Shown here piece by piece: positions 27,097-37,500 of a stretch of 64,000 nucleotides of DNA. The notes below the pieces were generated by a model. That model was not told the origin of the DNA, ran no database searches, and saw nothing but the letters and a program-made list of their open reading frames with translations. This stretch comes from an uncultured bacterium. Lineage in GTDB: Bacteria > Bacteroidota > Bacteroidia > Chitinophagales > CAIODY01. The DNA lies in NCBI GenBank assembly GCA_903857255.1, contig CAIODY010000086.1, positions 7,312 through 71,311 on the forward strand, in the 5' to 3' direction. Within the stretch, counting starts at the first letter, position 1. Each line of letters begins with the position of its first letter. Both the position numbers and the translations under genes were made by a program.

Positions 27097-28653
27097 ATGA
27101 TGAACAATATTCAAATTCTGTGGGCTGATGATGAAATAGAAATGTTGAAATCGCATTTACTATTTTTAAAAGAAAAAGGTTATGAAGTAATGCCAGTTAC
27201 CAATGCACACGATGCTATTGATGCCGTGAAGGAAAAACATTTCGATGTTGTTTTCTTAGATGAAAATATGCCAGGCTTATCGGGCTTGGAAGCATTGCCA
27301 CAAATTAAAGCCATTCATCCGCAAATGCCTGTGGTGATGATTACTAAAAGCGAAGAAGAAAATATTATGGAAGATGCCATTGGGCAACAGATTGCAGATT
27401 ATTTAATCAAGCCTGTGAAGCCCAATCAAATTTTGTTGTGTTTGAAAAAATTGATTGATAATAAACGATTGGTGAGCGAAAAAACATCATCGAATTTCCG
27501 ACAAGAATTTCAACAAATGATGATGGCTTTGAGCAATGCCAACGATGCACAAGAATGGGCTGAAGCTTACAAGAAAATTATTTTTTGGGAATTGGAATTA
27601 GATAAAAATGACAGCAAAGAAATGCAGGAAGTGTTGGCAATGCAAAAGAGCGATGCCAACAATGAATTTGCAAAATTTGTTTCAAAAAATTATCTCAATT
27701 GGATAAACAAACCGAATGATTCAACACCTACATTAAGCCACCGAAGTATGGTTCGGAATGTATTGCCTTATTTATCGCAATCGCAACCCACTTATTTAAT
27801 TGTGATTGATAATTTACGATTTGACCAATGGAAAATGATTCAACCTTTGTGGAGTGAATTTACAAAATTGGTAGATGAAGATTTGTATTTTTCTATTTTA
27901 CCCACAGCTACACAATATGCTCGTAATGCGATTTTCAGCGGATTGATGCCATCTGAAATTGCTCGGCGTTATCCTGATTATTGGCGTGATGAGCAAGATG
28001 AAGGCAGCAAAAATATGTTTGAAGAACAATTGCTGGGCGAATTATTAAAGCGCAATAATTTGAACATAAAATATTCTTACACCAAAGTTTTACATAATTA
28101 CGAAGCAAAAAATTTAGTAGATAATATTTTGAATTTGCAACACAATCAACTGAATGTGATTGTTTATAATTTTATGGATATGCTAAGTCATGCTCGAACT
28201 GAAATGGAAGTATTGAAAGAATTAGCCAGCGATGAAAAAGCTTATCGCAGCCTGACTTACAGCTGGTTTGAACATTCACCATTATTAGAAGCATTAAAAA
28301 AATTGGAAGGGAAAAATGCTCAAATTATTTTAACAACTGACCATGGTTGCATTCGTGTAAGCAAGCCAGTAAAAGTAGTTTCAGACCGTGAAGCCACCAC
28401 AAATTTGCGTTATAAAACAGGCAAAGCAATTCAGTACAATGCAAAAGAAGTGTTTGAAATTTTGAAACCAGAAGATGCAAAATTGCCACAACAAAATTTA
28501 ACCAGTCGTTATATTTTCACAAAAGGAGATGACTATTTTGTGTATGCTAATAACTTCAATCAGTTTGCTAATTTTTATCGCAACACCTTTCAACATGGTG
28601 GTTTATCAATGGAAGAAATGATGGTGCCGATGATTAGAATGCAAACAAAGTAA
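27097..28653 (+). CDS. porX: T9SS response regulator PorX (receiver domain plus PglZ/alkaline-phosphatase-like domain)
   Basis: 518 aa. The receiver domain reads ILWADDEIEMLKSHLLFLKEKGYEV...VVFLDENMPGLSG...KP. The C-terminal PglZ-type domain includes ILTTDHGC. Length and architecture match PorX. Confidence 0.8.
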   Translation: MMNNIQILWADDEIEMLKSHLLFLKEKGYEVMPVTNAHDAIDAVKEKHFDVVFLDENMPGLSGLEALPQIKAIHPQMPVVMITKSEEENIMEDAIGQQIADYLIKPVKPNQILLCLKKLIDNKRLVSEKTSSNFRQEFQQMMMALSNANDAQEWAEAYKKIIFWELELDKNDSKEMQEVLAMQKSDANNEFAKFVSKNYLNWINKPNDSTPTLSHRSMVRNVLPYLSQSQPTYLIVIDNLRFDQWKMIQPLWSEFTKLVDEDLYFSILPTATQYARNAIFSGLMPSEIARRYPDYWRDEQDEGSKNMFEEQLLGELLKRNNLNIKYSYTKVLHNYEAKNLVDNILNLQHNQLNVIVYNFMDMLSHARTEMEVLKELASDEKAYRSLTYSWFEHSPLLEALKKLEGKNAQIILTTDHGCIRVSKPVKVVSDREATTNLRYKTGKAIQYNAKEVFEILKPEDAKLPQQNLTSRYIFTKGDDYFVYANNFNQFANFYRNTFQHGGLSMEEMMVPMIRMQTK

Positions 28654-28730
28654 TATTTTCATTTCCTTTATCAACAAAGCAAAGTGTAAATTTCATGCGG
28701 CTTTGCTACTCATTCATAGTGAAGCAATTT

Positions 28731-28738
28731 TAATTTTG
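28731..28738 (+). promoter_or_regulatory. -7 box TAATTTTG immediately upstream of the GT2 gene
   Basis: Exact TAnnTTTG match, 4 nt before the ATG at 28743. Confidence 0.4.
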
Positions 28739-28742
28739 TGCT

Positions 28743-29873
28743 ATGATGAATTTCGATTTTCAATTGATTTTAAACATTTTACTCTACGCATTTTATGGCG
28801 TTGGCGGCATTCAAATTTTATACTACTCATTTTTTTTTAGCCGCATCATTTTTTTGAAAACAAAGAAAAAAGAAGATGGCAACACACCACCAGTTACTGT
28901 AATTATTTGTGCAAAAAATGAATTAGAAAATCTACAAAAAAATCTGCCTTCGATTTTAGAACAAAATTATCCGCAGTATGAAGTGATTGTGGTGAATGAC
29001 AATTCGCAAGATGGCAGCAACGATTTTTTAAGTCATCTCAAATCGCAATATGCACACTTAAAAGTGATTGACATTTTGCAAGAATCAAGAACCTTTAAAG
29101 GTAAAAGATTGGCTCTGGGATTGGGTTTGAAAGGCGCAAAAAATGAATGGTGTTTATTAACTGATGCTGATTGTGCACCAGCAGGCAGCAATTGGTTGAA
29201 TAAAATGCAGCGCAATTTTCGTGCGCCAAAAGAAATAGTTTTGGGTTATGCACCACATTTAAAACAGGCTGGTTTTTTAAATAAGTGCATCAGATTTGAA
29301 ACTTTTTTTACTGCTTTTCAGTATATCAATTTGGCATTGAGCGGTTTGCCATATATGGGTGTGGGCAGAAATATGGCTTACAAAAAACAATTTTATTTTG
29401 ATAACAAAGGCTATATGCCGCAGTCAGACATGATTTCAGGCGATGATGATTTGTTTATCAATAAAGTGGCAAGCGGAAAAAACACAAGAATTGAAATTGA
29501 TTCAGCCACATTTATGTATTCGATGCCAAAGCTGACTTGGCAAAATTGGTTTTTGCAAAAACGCCGCCACATAAGCACTGGCAGCAAGTATAAGAAGATT
29601 CATAAGTGGTTGTTGGGATTGCAAAGTATTTCGCAATTTTTGTTTTATGTTTTATTGATGGTGTTGTTGGTTTTTAAATTTCAATGGCAAATTGTGATGT
29701 TGATTTTTGGCGTCAGATTTTTGTTACAAGCCGTTGATTATGCAGTAGCCATGCGCCGTTTCAAAGAAGCAGATTTGTTTTGGTTGTTCCCAATATGGGA
29801 TGTTTTGCAGGTAGTTTACAATATTATTTTGTTGCCTTCCTTATTTAAAAAACCGTCATTGCAATGGAAGTAA
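28743..29873 (+). CDS. glycosyltransferase family 2 membrane protein
   Basis: 376 aa. Contains VTVIICAKNE, VIVVNDNSQDGS and LLTDADCAP (DxD region), plus C-terminal TM helices. Confidence 0.75.
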   Translation: MMNFDFQLILNILLYAFYGVGGIQILYYSFFFSRIIFLKTKKKEDGNTPPVTVIICAKNELENLQKNLPSILEQNYPQYEVIVVNDNSQDGSNDFLSHLKSQYAHLKVIDILQESRTFKGKRLALGLGLKGAKNEWCLLTDADCAPAGSNWLNKMQRNFRAPKEIVLGYAPHLKQAGFLNKCIRFETFFTAFQYINLALSGLPYMGVGRNMAYKKQFYFDNKGYMPQSDMISGDDDLFINKVASGKNTRIEIDSATFMYSMPKLTWQNWFLQKRRHISTGSKYKKIHKWLLGLQSISQFLFYVLLMVLLVFKFQWQIVMLIFGVRFLLQAVDYAVAMRRFKEADLFWLFPIWDVLQVVYNIILLPSLFKKPSLQWK

Positions 29874-30466
29874 ATCCTAATTTTTCAGAAAGTTCAAAAG
29901 AAGATTTTGAATTGATTCAAGCTGCATTGAAGCAACATACTTCAGCGGCTTTTGAAAGATTATTGGTGAAATATAAAGAGCCTGTTTTTCACATGGTTTT
30001 GAAGATGGTGAACAATCGCGATGATGCTGAAGATATTACCATTGAAGCATTGGGAAAAGTTTTTAATAAACTTGGGCAATACAATGCCAATTGGGCTTTC
30101 AGCACTTGGTTGTATCGTGTTGCAACTAATTTGGCAATTGATTTTATTCGTGCAAAACGTATTGATACTTTATCTATTCATCAGCCTTTGCAAAATGAAA
30201 AAGATAAAGACCATTCGCACAATATTCCATCTGAATCACCTGACCCTGAAGAAGTTTTTATAAAAAAACAACGGGCTGAAAATCTGAAAATAACTTTAGA
30301 AAAACTGAATGATAAATATCGCAAATTGATTGAATTGCGTTATTACAAAGAGTTGAGCTACGAAGAAATTGCCGCCGAAATGAACATGCCCGTAGGTACT
30401 GTGAAAACGCAACTTTTCAGAGCGAAAGAATTTTTGTATTCTATTTTGAAGAACAGTAGTTTGTAA
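29864..30466 (+). CDS. ECF-type RNA polymerase sigma-70 family factor
   Basis: 200 aa. Region 2 reads DAEDITIEALGKVF...WLYRVATNLAIDFIR and region 4 reads LSYEEIAAEMNMPVGTVKTQLFRAKE. It overlaps the GT2 gene by 10 nt. Confidence 0.85.
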   Translation: MEVNPNFSESSKEDFELIQAALKQHTSAAFERLLVKYKEPVFHMVLKMVNNRDDAEDITIEALGKVFNKLGQYNANWAFSTWLYRVATNLAIDFIRAKRIDTLSIHQPLQNEKDKDHSHNIPSESPDPEEVFIKKQRAENLKITLEKLNDKYRKLIELRYYKELSYEEIAAEMNMPVGTVKTQLFRAKEFLYSILKNSSL

Positions 30467-30477
30467 TTCACTACATT

Positions 30478-32358
30478 TTATTTTCCAAACATCTCATCTA
30501 ATGTTTGCTGTGATACGCTGTGATAGCCACCTCTGGCTTTAGCATAAATTTGCTTCGCCAATTTTTTTCCACTTTCTGTTTTATTCATTTCACCATAAAG
30601 GGGCAATAAAAATTTTCTTCTACCTACTGTGCAAAGAAATTTTTCCATTGCTGAATTAATTTTTGTGTAGTTATTTTTCAAACACAAATAATACCAAGCA
30701 TCAGCAATTTCGCAATTATTATTTCCTGTAAAATGATAGGCAGCATCCAAATCATCCAATTGTTTTTGGGATAATTTTTCGGGCAAATTATTGATGAAGT
30801 GCAACCATTCATGTGTACTCCATTTTGCCGTTGCATTTTTATCCAACTCATTTTTTGTTGTAAAATTTTTGATTTGCAAATCAATTGCAACAAACCTTGA
30901 AGCATTGATGATTGGTGCATTTGCAGGCAATCCTGTTTCGTAAATCCATTCGTTGATATTTACTTTGGTGAATTTTTCTTTGTTCGATTGAATCAAATTA
31001 TTGTTTAAAAAATCAACAAATTCTTCGGTAGTAACCGATTGAAAAGCATGTTCGGTAAACCAACTTTTTAAAAACAAATCCCATTTTTCTCTGCCAACAG
31101 TTTCTTCCATCAATCGTAAAAATAAATAGCCTTTGTTGTAAGCAATATCATTCATGCCATCATCAGGATTTCTACCTTTTAAATCTAATTTCAATTTTGT
31201 GTCAGGATTTTTTTCGCCAAAATCTTTCAAAGTATTTTGCAAATCTTGCACACACAGATTTGCTTCCATATCGCTGTAATCCTTGCCATATAAGGCTTCC
31301 ATGATTCTGAATTGAAAATACATCGTGAAACCTTCATTCAACCAAAAATCATTCCATGTCGCATTCGTACATAAATTCCCACTCCAACTATGCGCCAATT
31401 CATGCGCTACCAACGAAACTAAACTTCTATCACCAGCAATAACAGTTGGCGTTGCAAAAGTTAAACATGGATTTTCCATGCCACCAAAAGGAAAACTTGG
31501 TGGCAACACAATCACATCATATCTGCCCCAAGCATAGCTACCATAAAGGTTTTCAGCCACATCCACCATTTTGCCCATGTCAGCAAATTCCCAAGCTACT
31601 TTGTCAACCATTGGCAGTTCAGCATAAACTCCACAACGCTCATTAATTTTTTTAAAAGCAATTTCACCAATCGCCAATGCCATTAAATAACTGGGAATCG
31701 GCTTCGGTTGAGCATAATGATATTCACCTGAAGCATTGATGGATTGCGGATTATCAGCCACACTCATCACCGCCATTAAATTTTTTGGGCAATGAATGGT
31801 GGCATCATAAGTGAAGCGAACACCTGGTCCATCCTCACATGGAATCCATGTACGAGCCAATATCGCTTCGGATTGTGTGAACAAAAATGGTTGCTTTTTG
31901 CCAGCTGTTTGCTCAGGCTTCAACCATTGAACAGCAGCGGCATTGGGCGATGTGTGATAGAATATTTTTACCGATTTTGTGGTAGATGAAATTGGAATAT
32001 GCAATGCGCTTCCTAAAATTTTATCAACAGATTTTAATTCAAAATTGGTAGTTGTTGAATCATCATTCAATGTGATTTTTTCAATTGTTAAATCATGCGT
32101 ATCGAAAATAATTTCATTGGCATTGTTTACTCTTTCAATTTGCCAATTGGCATAACCACTTAAAATATTTTTTTCAAAATCCGCATTTAAGTTCAATGAA
32201 AGATGCTTCACTACAGCATTTTCGGGCTGTGCATACGAATTATAATCGTGACTCATATCAGTTGAATTATTTTTTTGTGGATGAGTTTTTTTTGTTCCAA
32301 CATAACCGATTAAGCAAATGATGATAACAAAAAATGTAGTAGTAATTATTTTATTCAT
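30478..32358 (-). CDS. M1 family metallopeptidase (leukotriene A4 hydrolase/aminopeptidase-like)
   Basis: 626 aa. Contains GGMENP, HELAHSWSGN (HExxH) and WLNEGFT, plus a C-terminal Leuk-A4-hydrolase-like helical domain. Confidence 0.85.
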   Translation of the reverse strand: MNKIITTTFFVIIICLIGYVGTKKTHPQKNNSTDMSHDYNSYAQPENAVVKHLSLNLNADFEKNILSGYANWQIERVNNANEIIFDTHDLTIEKITLNDDSTTTNFELKSVDKILGSALHIPISSTTKSVKIFYHTSPNAAAVQWLKPEQTAGKKQPFLFTQSEAILARTWIPCEDGPGVRFTYDATIHCPKNLMAVMSVADNPQSINASGEYHYAQPKPIPSYLMALAIGEIAFKKINERCGVYAELPMVDKVAWEFADMGKMVDVAENLYGSYAWGRYDVIVLPPSFPFGGMENPCLTFATPTVIAGDRSLVSLVAHELAHSWSGNLCTNATWNDFWLNEGFTMYFQFRIMEALYGKDYSDMEANLCVQDLQNTLKDFGEKNPDTKLKLDLKGRNPDDGMNDIAYNKGYLFLRLMEETVGREKWDLFLKSWFTEHAFQSVTTEEFVDFLNNNLIQSNKEKFTKVNINEWIYETGLPANAPIINASRFVAIDLQIKNFTTKNELDKNATAKWSTHEWLHFINNLPEKLSQKQLDDLDAAYHFTGNNNCEIADAWYYLCLKNNYTKINSAMEKFLCTVGRRKFLLPLYGEMNKTESGKKLAKQIYAKARGGYHSVSQQTLDEMFGK

Positions 32359-32367
32359 GCAATGAAA

Positions 32368-34554
32368 TTAAGGGGCTAAACTAAATCGTACTTTGATACC
32401 TGCTTTTACAGCAGTGATAGGGAATGCAGACGATGTGGCTGGTATTGTTCGGCGATAATCATAGAACAATTGCACATTCACTCTGTTGCTCACTACATAA
32501 TCAATATGCGGCGCAATGCCGATGCTCTTCATCCCTTTTGTTGGCACATTAATATTTTGGTCGAGCTTGTAATTAATTGTTTTATCGTTGCGATAAGAAA
32601 CATCAACTCTGAAAGTTAAATCGTTATCAAGCTTCACTTTTTTCTTTCCATTTCTGAATGGCAATACAATTCCTTTTTTCTTGAAACCTACGCCAGTAAC
32701 TATTTCCTGTGCTCTGGTTTCGCTCAATTGATAATCGATGAAACTCATGTTGAGCATCCGACTTTGTTTATATTCTACTTTGGTGGTGAGGTTATTTACC
32801 CAAGTAATGTCAATGCCAAGCAGCGGCACAAATTGCTCGGTGATGCTCATCATCGGCACATTAAAATAGTTGATAAAATTTCGATTGAGTGAATCAATTG
32901 CCAGCGGCATCATCAAGCCATTGAAGTACGAGCCCAAAATAAAATCTGGATTAGTCATGTAGCTTCCTACATTAAATGTGCTGTTGTAAGCATGCGATAA
33001 AGTGGCTTGCTTAATATATTTTTTGAGCAACGGAATCTTACTCAATCCAGTGTATGACACTCTCCAATTGGGCTTTGGCAGCATTTTAAATAAATCATCT
33101 AACGATGCATTTTGCAAATTCGGATTAGCATAGGTAGCTAAAAATGCTGGAATCAAAACAGCTTGTGAATAGGGTCCGTAGCCTCTGTAATAAGATTTGA
33201 ATGAATCATCTTTTACTTGGCTGTAAGGATTTGCCATCCCTAATTGACTGGAAATTTCTAAGCGTTTGTTTTCGAATTTTGTAAACAAACTTGATACACC
33301 ATTTTTATCTACCTTATCAAAAAAAGTATTCAATGCAATGAATGAAACGGAGAAACTTCCGTTTACCACTTTGCTCAAAGCTGCAAAATTGCTGAATGTA
33401 TCTTGGCGTTTAAAATTTTCAGAAAGATTTCGAGTGTAATTTCTGGTAACGGTTAAATCAATTCGCATATCGGTAATGGGTTCCAATTGTGCAGTAATAT
33501 TCCACGTTTCAGTGTGTCGCTGTGTGAACGGTGTAAACTGCCCTGGGTCATTTGTTAAATCGTTGATGCCTGCCATGGTGTACAAATAATTTGGTGAAAT
33601 TTGTTTGCCTAATAAAAAATCCCAACCTGGCTCTTGCCATGATGAATCCATGCCTAAAAATTTTGTACCTCGGGTATAGCCTGGCAATACAGTTCCATTA
33701 TCTTCTGAAATGTTGGCAGTGATACGTTTCAATGACATCAAGGGTTTCAGGAAAGTGTACAGCACAGGATTTAATCGCGGTTCTTCATCTTTTTTCTTTT
33801 TCTTTTTATCATTTTTTCCGTTTTTCGAATCACTTTTTGAAGGGTCGTCTTTTGCATTTTTGTCTTTTATTTCTACACCATTTTTATCTTTCTCATCTTT
33901 TTTTGCTGTGCTATTTTGTTGAAGTAATGTTTTGGTATTGTAGCGTTTTAAGAATTTTATTTTGTTGTACAAATTATTAAAATTGAATTCGGTATTCAGC
34001 TGTTTGTTTTGTGTGTTTTGCAAAGTATTACCCAGCGTTACATACGAGAGTGGTGCTGCTGTCCAAGCATACGTTGCTGTGTATGAAGCTCGAGAAGTAA
34101 CCCAATCAGTTAAAGGAAATTTGCTTAATGGAATATTGTAGCTGCCATTGATTGATTGATTAAAATTGGTAGTGCGCTTAAAATCTTTTATCAAATTAAT
34201 AATCGTATCACGTTTTGCTTTCGTATCAATGCGCCCGTAAGGCTCATCAATCCTCGATAAATTAGTAGCTGTATAATCAATGGTGATACTTTTTGCTGGC
34301 TCAAATTTCACACTATAATTTCTGCTCATTTTAAAATATTTGTTGAAAGTGGCTGGCAGAGCCAATTCATCAGGCGAAAATTTTCGCAAATGGGATTCAC
34401 CAAATTGCCTATCCACATCGGCTTTGAAAGAGATGTTGCTCGGCAATAAATTAAAATTCAAATCACGAACTAAAGCAGTCCATTTTCCGCCGACATTAAA
34501 CCAACCAAAAGGCTTGATAGACTTAGGTTTGATGGCATAATTATAACATGCCAC
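32368..34554 (-). CDS. sprA: T9SS translocon SprA, C-terminal fragment (separated from the N-terminal fragment by a frameshift)
   Basis: 728-aa ORF that continues the upstream 1712-aa ORF after a +1 frame change at about 34545-34567. The two together total about 2440 aa, matching the roughly 2400-aa SprA. It has a beta-rich C-terminus. Confidence 0.8.
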   Translation of the reverse strand: MACYNYAIKPKSIKPFGWFNVGGKWTALVRDLNFNLLPSNISFKADVDRQFGESHLRKFSPDELALPATFNKYFKMSRNYSVKFEPAKSITIDYTATNLSRIDEPYGRIDTKAKRDTIINLIKDFKRTTNFNQSINGSYNIPLSKFPLTDWVTSRASYTATYAWTAAPLSYVTLGNTLQNTQNKQLNTEFNFNNLYNKIKFLKRYNTKTLLQQNSTAKKDEKDKNGVEIKDKNAKDDPSKSDSKNGKNDKKKKKKDEEPRLNPVLYTFLKPLMSLKRITANISEDNGTVLPGYTRGTKFLGMDSSWQEPGWDFLLGKQISPNYLYTMAGINDLTNDPGQFTPFTQRHTETWNITAQLEPITDMRIDLTVTRNYTRNLSENFKRQDTFSNFAALSKVVNGSFSVSFIALNTFFDKVDKNGVSSLFTKFENKRLEISSQLGMANPYSQVKDDSFKSYYRGYGPYSQAVLIPAFLATYANPNLQNASLDDLFKMLPKPNWRVSYTGLSKIPLLKKYIKQATLSHAYNSTFNVGSYMTNPDFILGSYFNGLMMPLAIDSLNRNFINYFNVPMMSITEQFVPLLGIDITWVNNLTTKVEYKQSRMLNMSFIDYQLSETRAQEIVTGVGFKKKGIVLPFRNGKKKVKLDNDLTFRVDVSYRNDKTINYKLDQNINVPTKGMKSIGIAPHIDYVVSNRVNVQLFYDYRRTIPATSSAFPITAVKAGIKVRFSLAP

Positions 34555-37500
34555 CTTTATATTTTTTCAACACATCGCTTTCGTATGTTGGGTTGTGTTT
34601 AACCGTTTGTGTGAACGAATAACTGACGTTGAAATTTTCAATATTGGTAGGCAAATTCAATTTTCCTAAGGCAGTTTTTTTCGGTCGGTTGATTCTGACA
34701 TTGGTAAAATTCAAACTTTTAATTCCTACATAATCCACCGCAACATTTTTTATTGAGTCGGCATAACCCTTGCCACGTAAGGCTTTTGCTTGTGCTAATT
34801 CATCTTTCAATTTTACATCTAATTGAAAAGGGTCGTATTGTGGTGTGCTAAATTGTTCGCTGGTGCTGGCGTACAAAGGCAATTTCATACCCAACTTTGC
34901 TGGCAATAATTTCCCTAATTCCATTGTTCCAGCTACATTGTATTGGTAGAAATTATCTTTAAAACGCTGTGCAATTTTTTGCTCCAATGAGCCATAGCCA
35001 ATCGTATGCAAACTGCCTGAAGCCGTGATAGTACCTAAATCTGCAATTTTAATGTCAGTTCTTAACAAAGCTGCATAACCACCTTGTTCATCAAAACCGC
35101 TGACACGTAATTCATCAAACCAAACTTCGGCGCATTTACTTTGTCCGTCATCATTATCGCCCGGAACTGTTCCCCGTTGCGGATTTCGAACCCCCAACAT
35201 ACAAGTTTTAACTAAGCCTAAATCAGGCGTTCCTTTCACTGTTAAAATAATTCCATTGGCATAAGTAACGCTGAAAGCCGTATAGTTGGGCTTGTTTTTG
35301 GCTATTCGCTTTTGTTTCAAACCAGTCATTGAATCTAAAGTGATATCAACAGTGTTGGCATCGGGCCACACAACTGATGCGTCAGTTGCACCAGCAGCAG
35401 TTACTGATAATGGAACTGCATACTCGTAATAGTTGTCTGTAAAGTCAGTTCCGAAGCGGATAAAGGCATACAAATCTTTATTGTTCAATGCTGGGTTTCC
35501 TGGTACTGATTCACAATGCGTAAAGAATTTTACGTGCTTGAAAGTACGCATATCCAAAGTTAGATTTTTGTAAACTGCTTTTGCATCACCATCACTCAAA
35601 CCACAAACGTGCAATGAAATAGATTGCTCATTTTGCAACACATTGGCTGTGGTTGTTAATTGTTGTTGGCGAATAATGCCTGGCGGCATAACGTAGCCCA
35701 CTGGCTGTTTTGAAGCATTTTCTTCTACACTCACAGTAGTTACATTAAAGTATGCACCAGTGTTGTGGTCGCTTGGTAACTGCTCGGTGGCTTGCGCTAA
35801 TGAGAAAGGATATTTACGCCATTGATTTCTTGTGAATTGAAATTGTGGTAAACGTACAATCAATGAATCAGAAAAGCCTGTTAAAAATAATCTTACAAAA
35901 CGAATTGATTTGAAATCTTGAATATCGCCCACTTTTTTTTCATAACTATTAATTGGCACTTTGAATTGATAATACTGCACATTTGCTGTTGTTCCGTCTT
36001 TCAATTTTACTGGTGCAACTCGTATGTCGTTAATAAAATTTGTACCAATAGCCATGTTTGCCGAAAGATGAACCCGATACTGAAAATAATTTTCAGCTTC
36101 GCTCAAACTATTGTCTTTATTGATGTCTTCCGACTCTGGAATATTTGTAGCAGCGGTTGAATAACTTTCAGGCGATTGTTGGTCAGTTGGTGAATTGCCT
36201 TGTGGATTATTGTATTTTTTGTAGCGTTGCAAAATTGGTGTAACAGCATTATCATAATCAGTCCCACGATAAAAATGGTAATCATCATTTGATGGGTCGG
36301 CTGCCGCTGCTGATTTTACAGCCGCTGTAAATGGCTGTCCGTCAGCACCAATGCCTGTGTTGATAAGAGCTAAATACTTTGCATATTGTGTTTGTTCTTG
36401 TGCATCATTGCAACCATCATAACCCACATCTTGCAAGGCTCTTACATTTGGGTCAAGGTCGAATGATGTAGTAATCGGTTGTTGGTTGGTTGGCACAAAA
36501 CCCCAAATAGTGCCTTGTTTGGCACTTGAATCTGCAACATCGCCAGGCAAACCATTTTCATAAAATTTTCTCCCATCACGTAAAATATCTTCGCTTACAG
36601 TTCCTAAATTAAAATACAAATCGCCTGTATTGCTTGATGCAGCGCCATTTGTGCTATATGGGTCCATCATCCAAAATTCAATAAATTCGATGTTGGCAGC
36701 TTCAAAATCGTTGTAATCAATCGGGCGCATGATGCCGCCCCAGCGGCGTTGAGGATTAGCTAAAGTACCATCGCTATTCATTCCTTTGATATCAAAATTG
36801 TATGCTCCTTTTCTGTTCGGATTATAAAACAAATCGAATGAAGTGAAAGTGAGTGGTGTACCTGGCGCTAATTGTTTGTCAGGAAATAATTCAGTTTGTG
36901 CAATCTCTCTTACAAATAAATTTGATTGTTCTTTATCACTTGTAAGTGAAGTTGGGAAACCATTTCCGGGTCTTGTAAAAAATGGGTCAATATTGTACCA
37001 AGCAAATTTTGCACGATTATAACCATAGCTGATGGTGTCATTTGTGTGATTGTATGTTAGTGCATGAGATTCAGGAAATAATTCATTACCTGTTGCACCC
37101 TTGGTGGCGTAAGCTGGTGTGCTGGCTAATGCCCAGCTGGTGAGCGGAAATTTCAAATCGTAGCTACTGGCTGCGCCTTCAAAATCATCGATGTAAACTT
37201 CGCCATCTTGCCCAATTACTTTGCTATGACCTGGGTTGAATTTTGCACCTTCGGCATTGATAGTAATTTTCGATTTTTCTTTGGTGGAATAAAATTTATT
37301 CACCAAACTGGTGATGAATTTACTTTGCTGATTGTAGTGCAAATCAACACCCATAATGGTATTGCTGATGGGGTCATCACCTATCAAAACTTTTTGTGTA
37401 AATGGTCGTTCGCTCAAGTGTAACCAAGTTGCACCCAAATTCATGTGCTCGTTTACATAGTAGTCAAACCTATTACCAATAAAGGTTTTCACCTGTCCCA

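Noticed and set aside
33710-33980. Two plus-strand ORFs (70 and 82 aa) rich in F, S and L
   Set aside because: They are the antisense reading of the Lys/Asp-rich low-complexity segment of sprA, an artefact of T-homopolymer runs.
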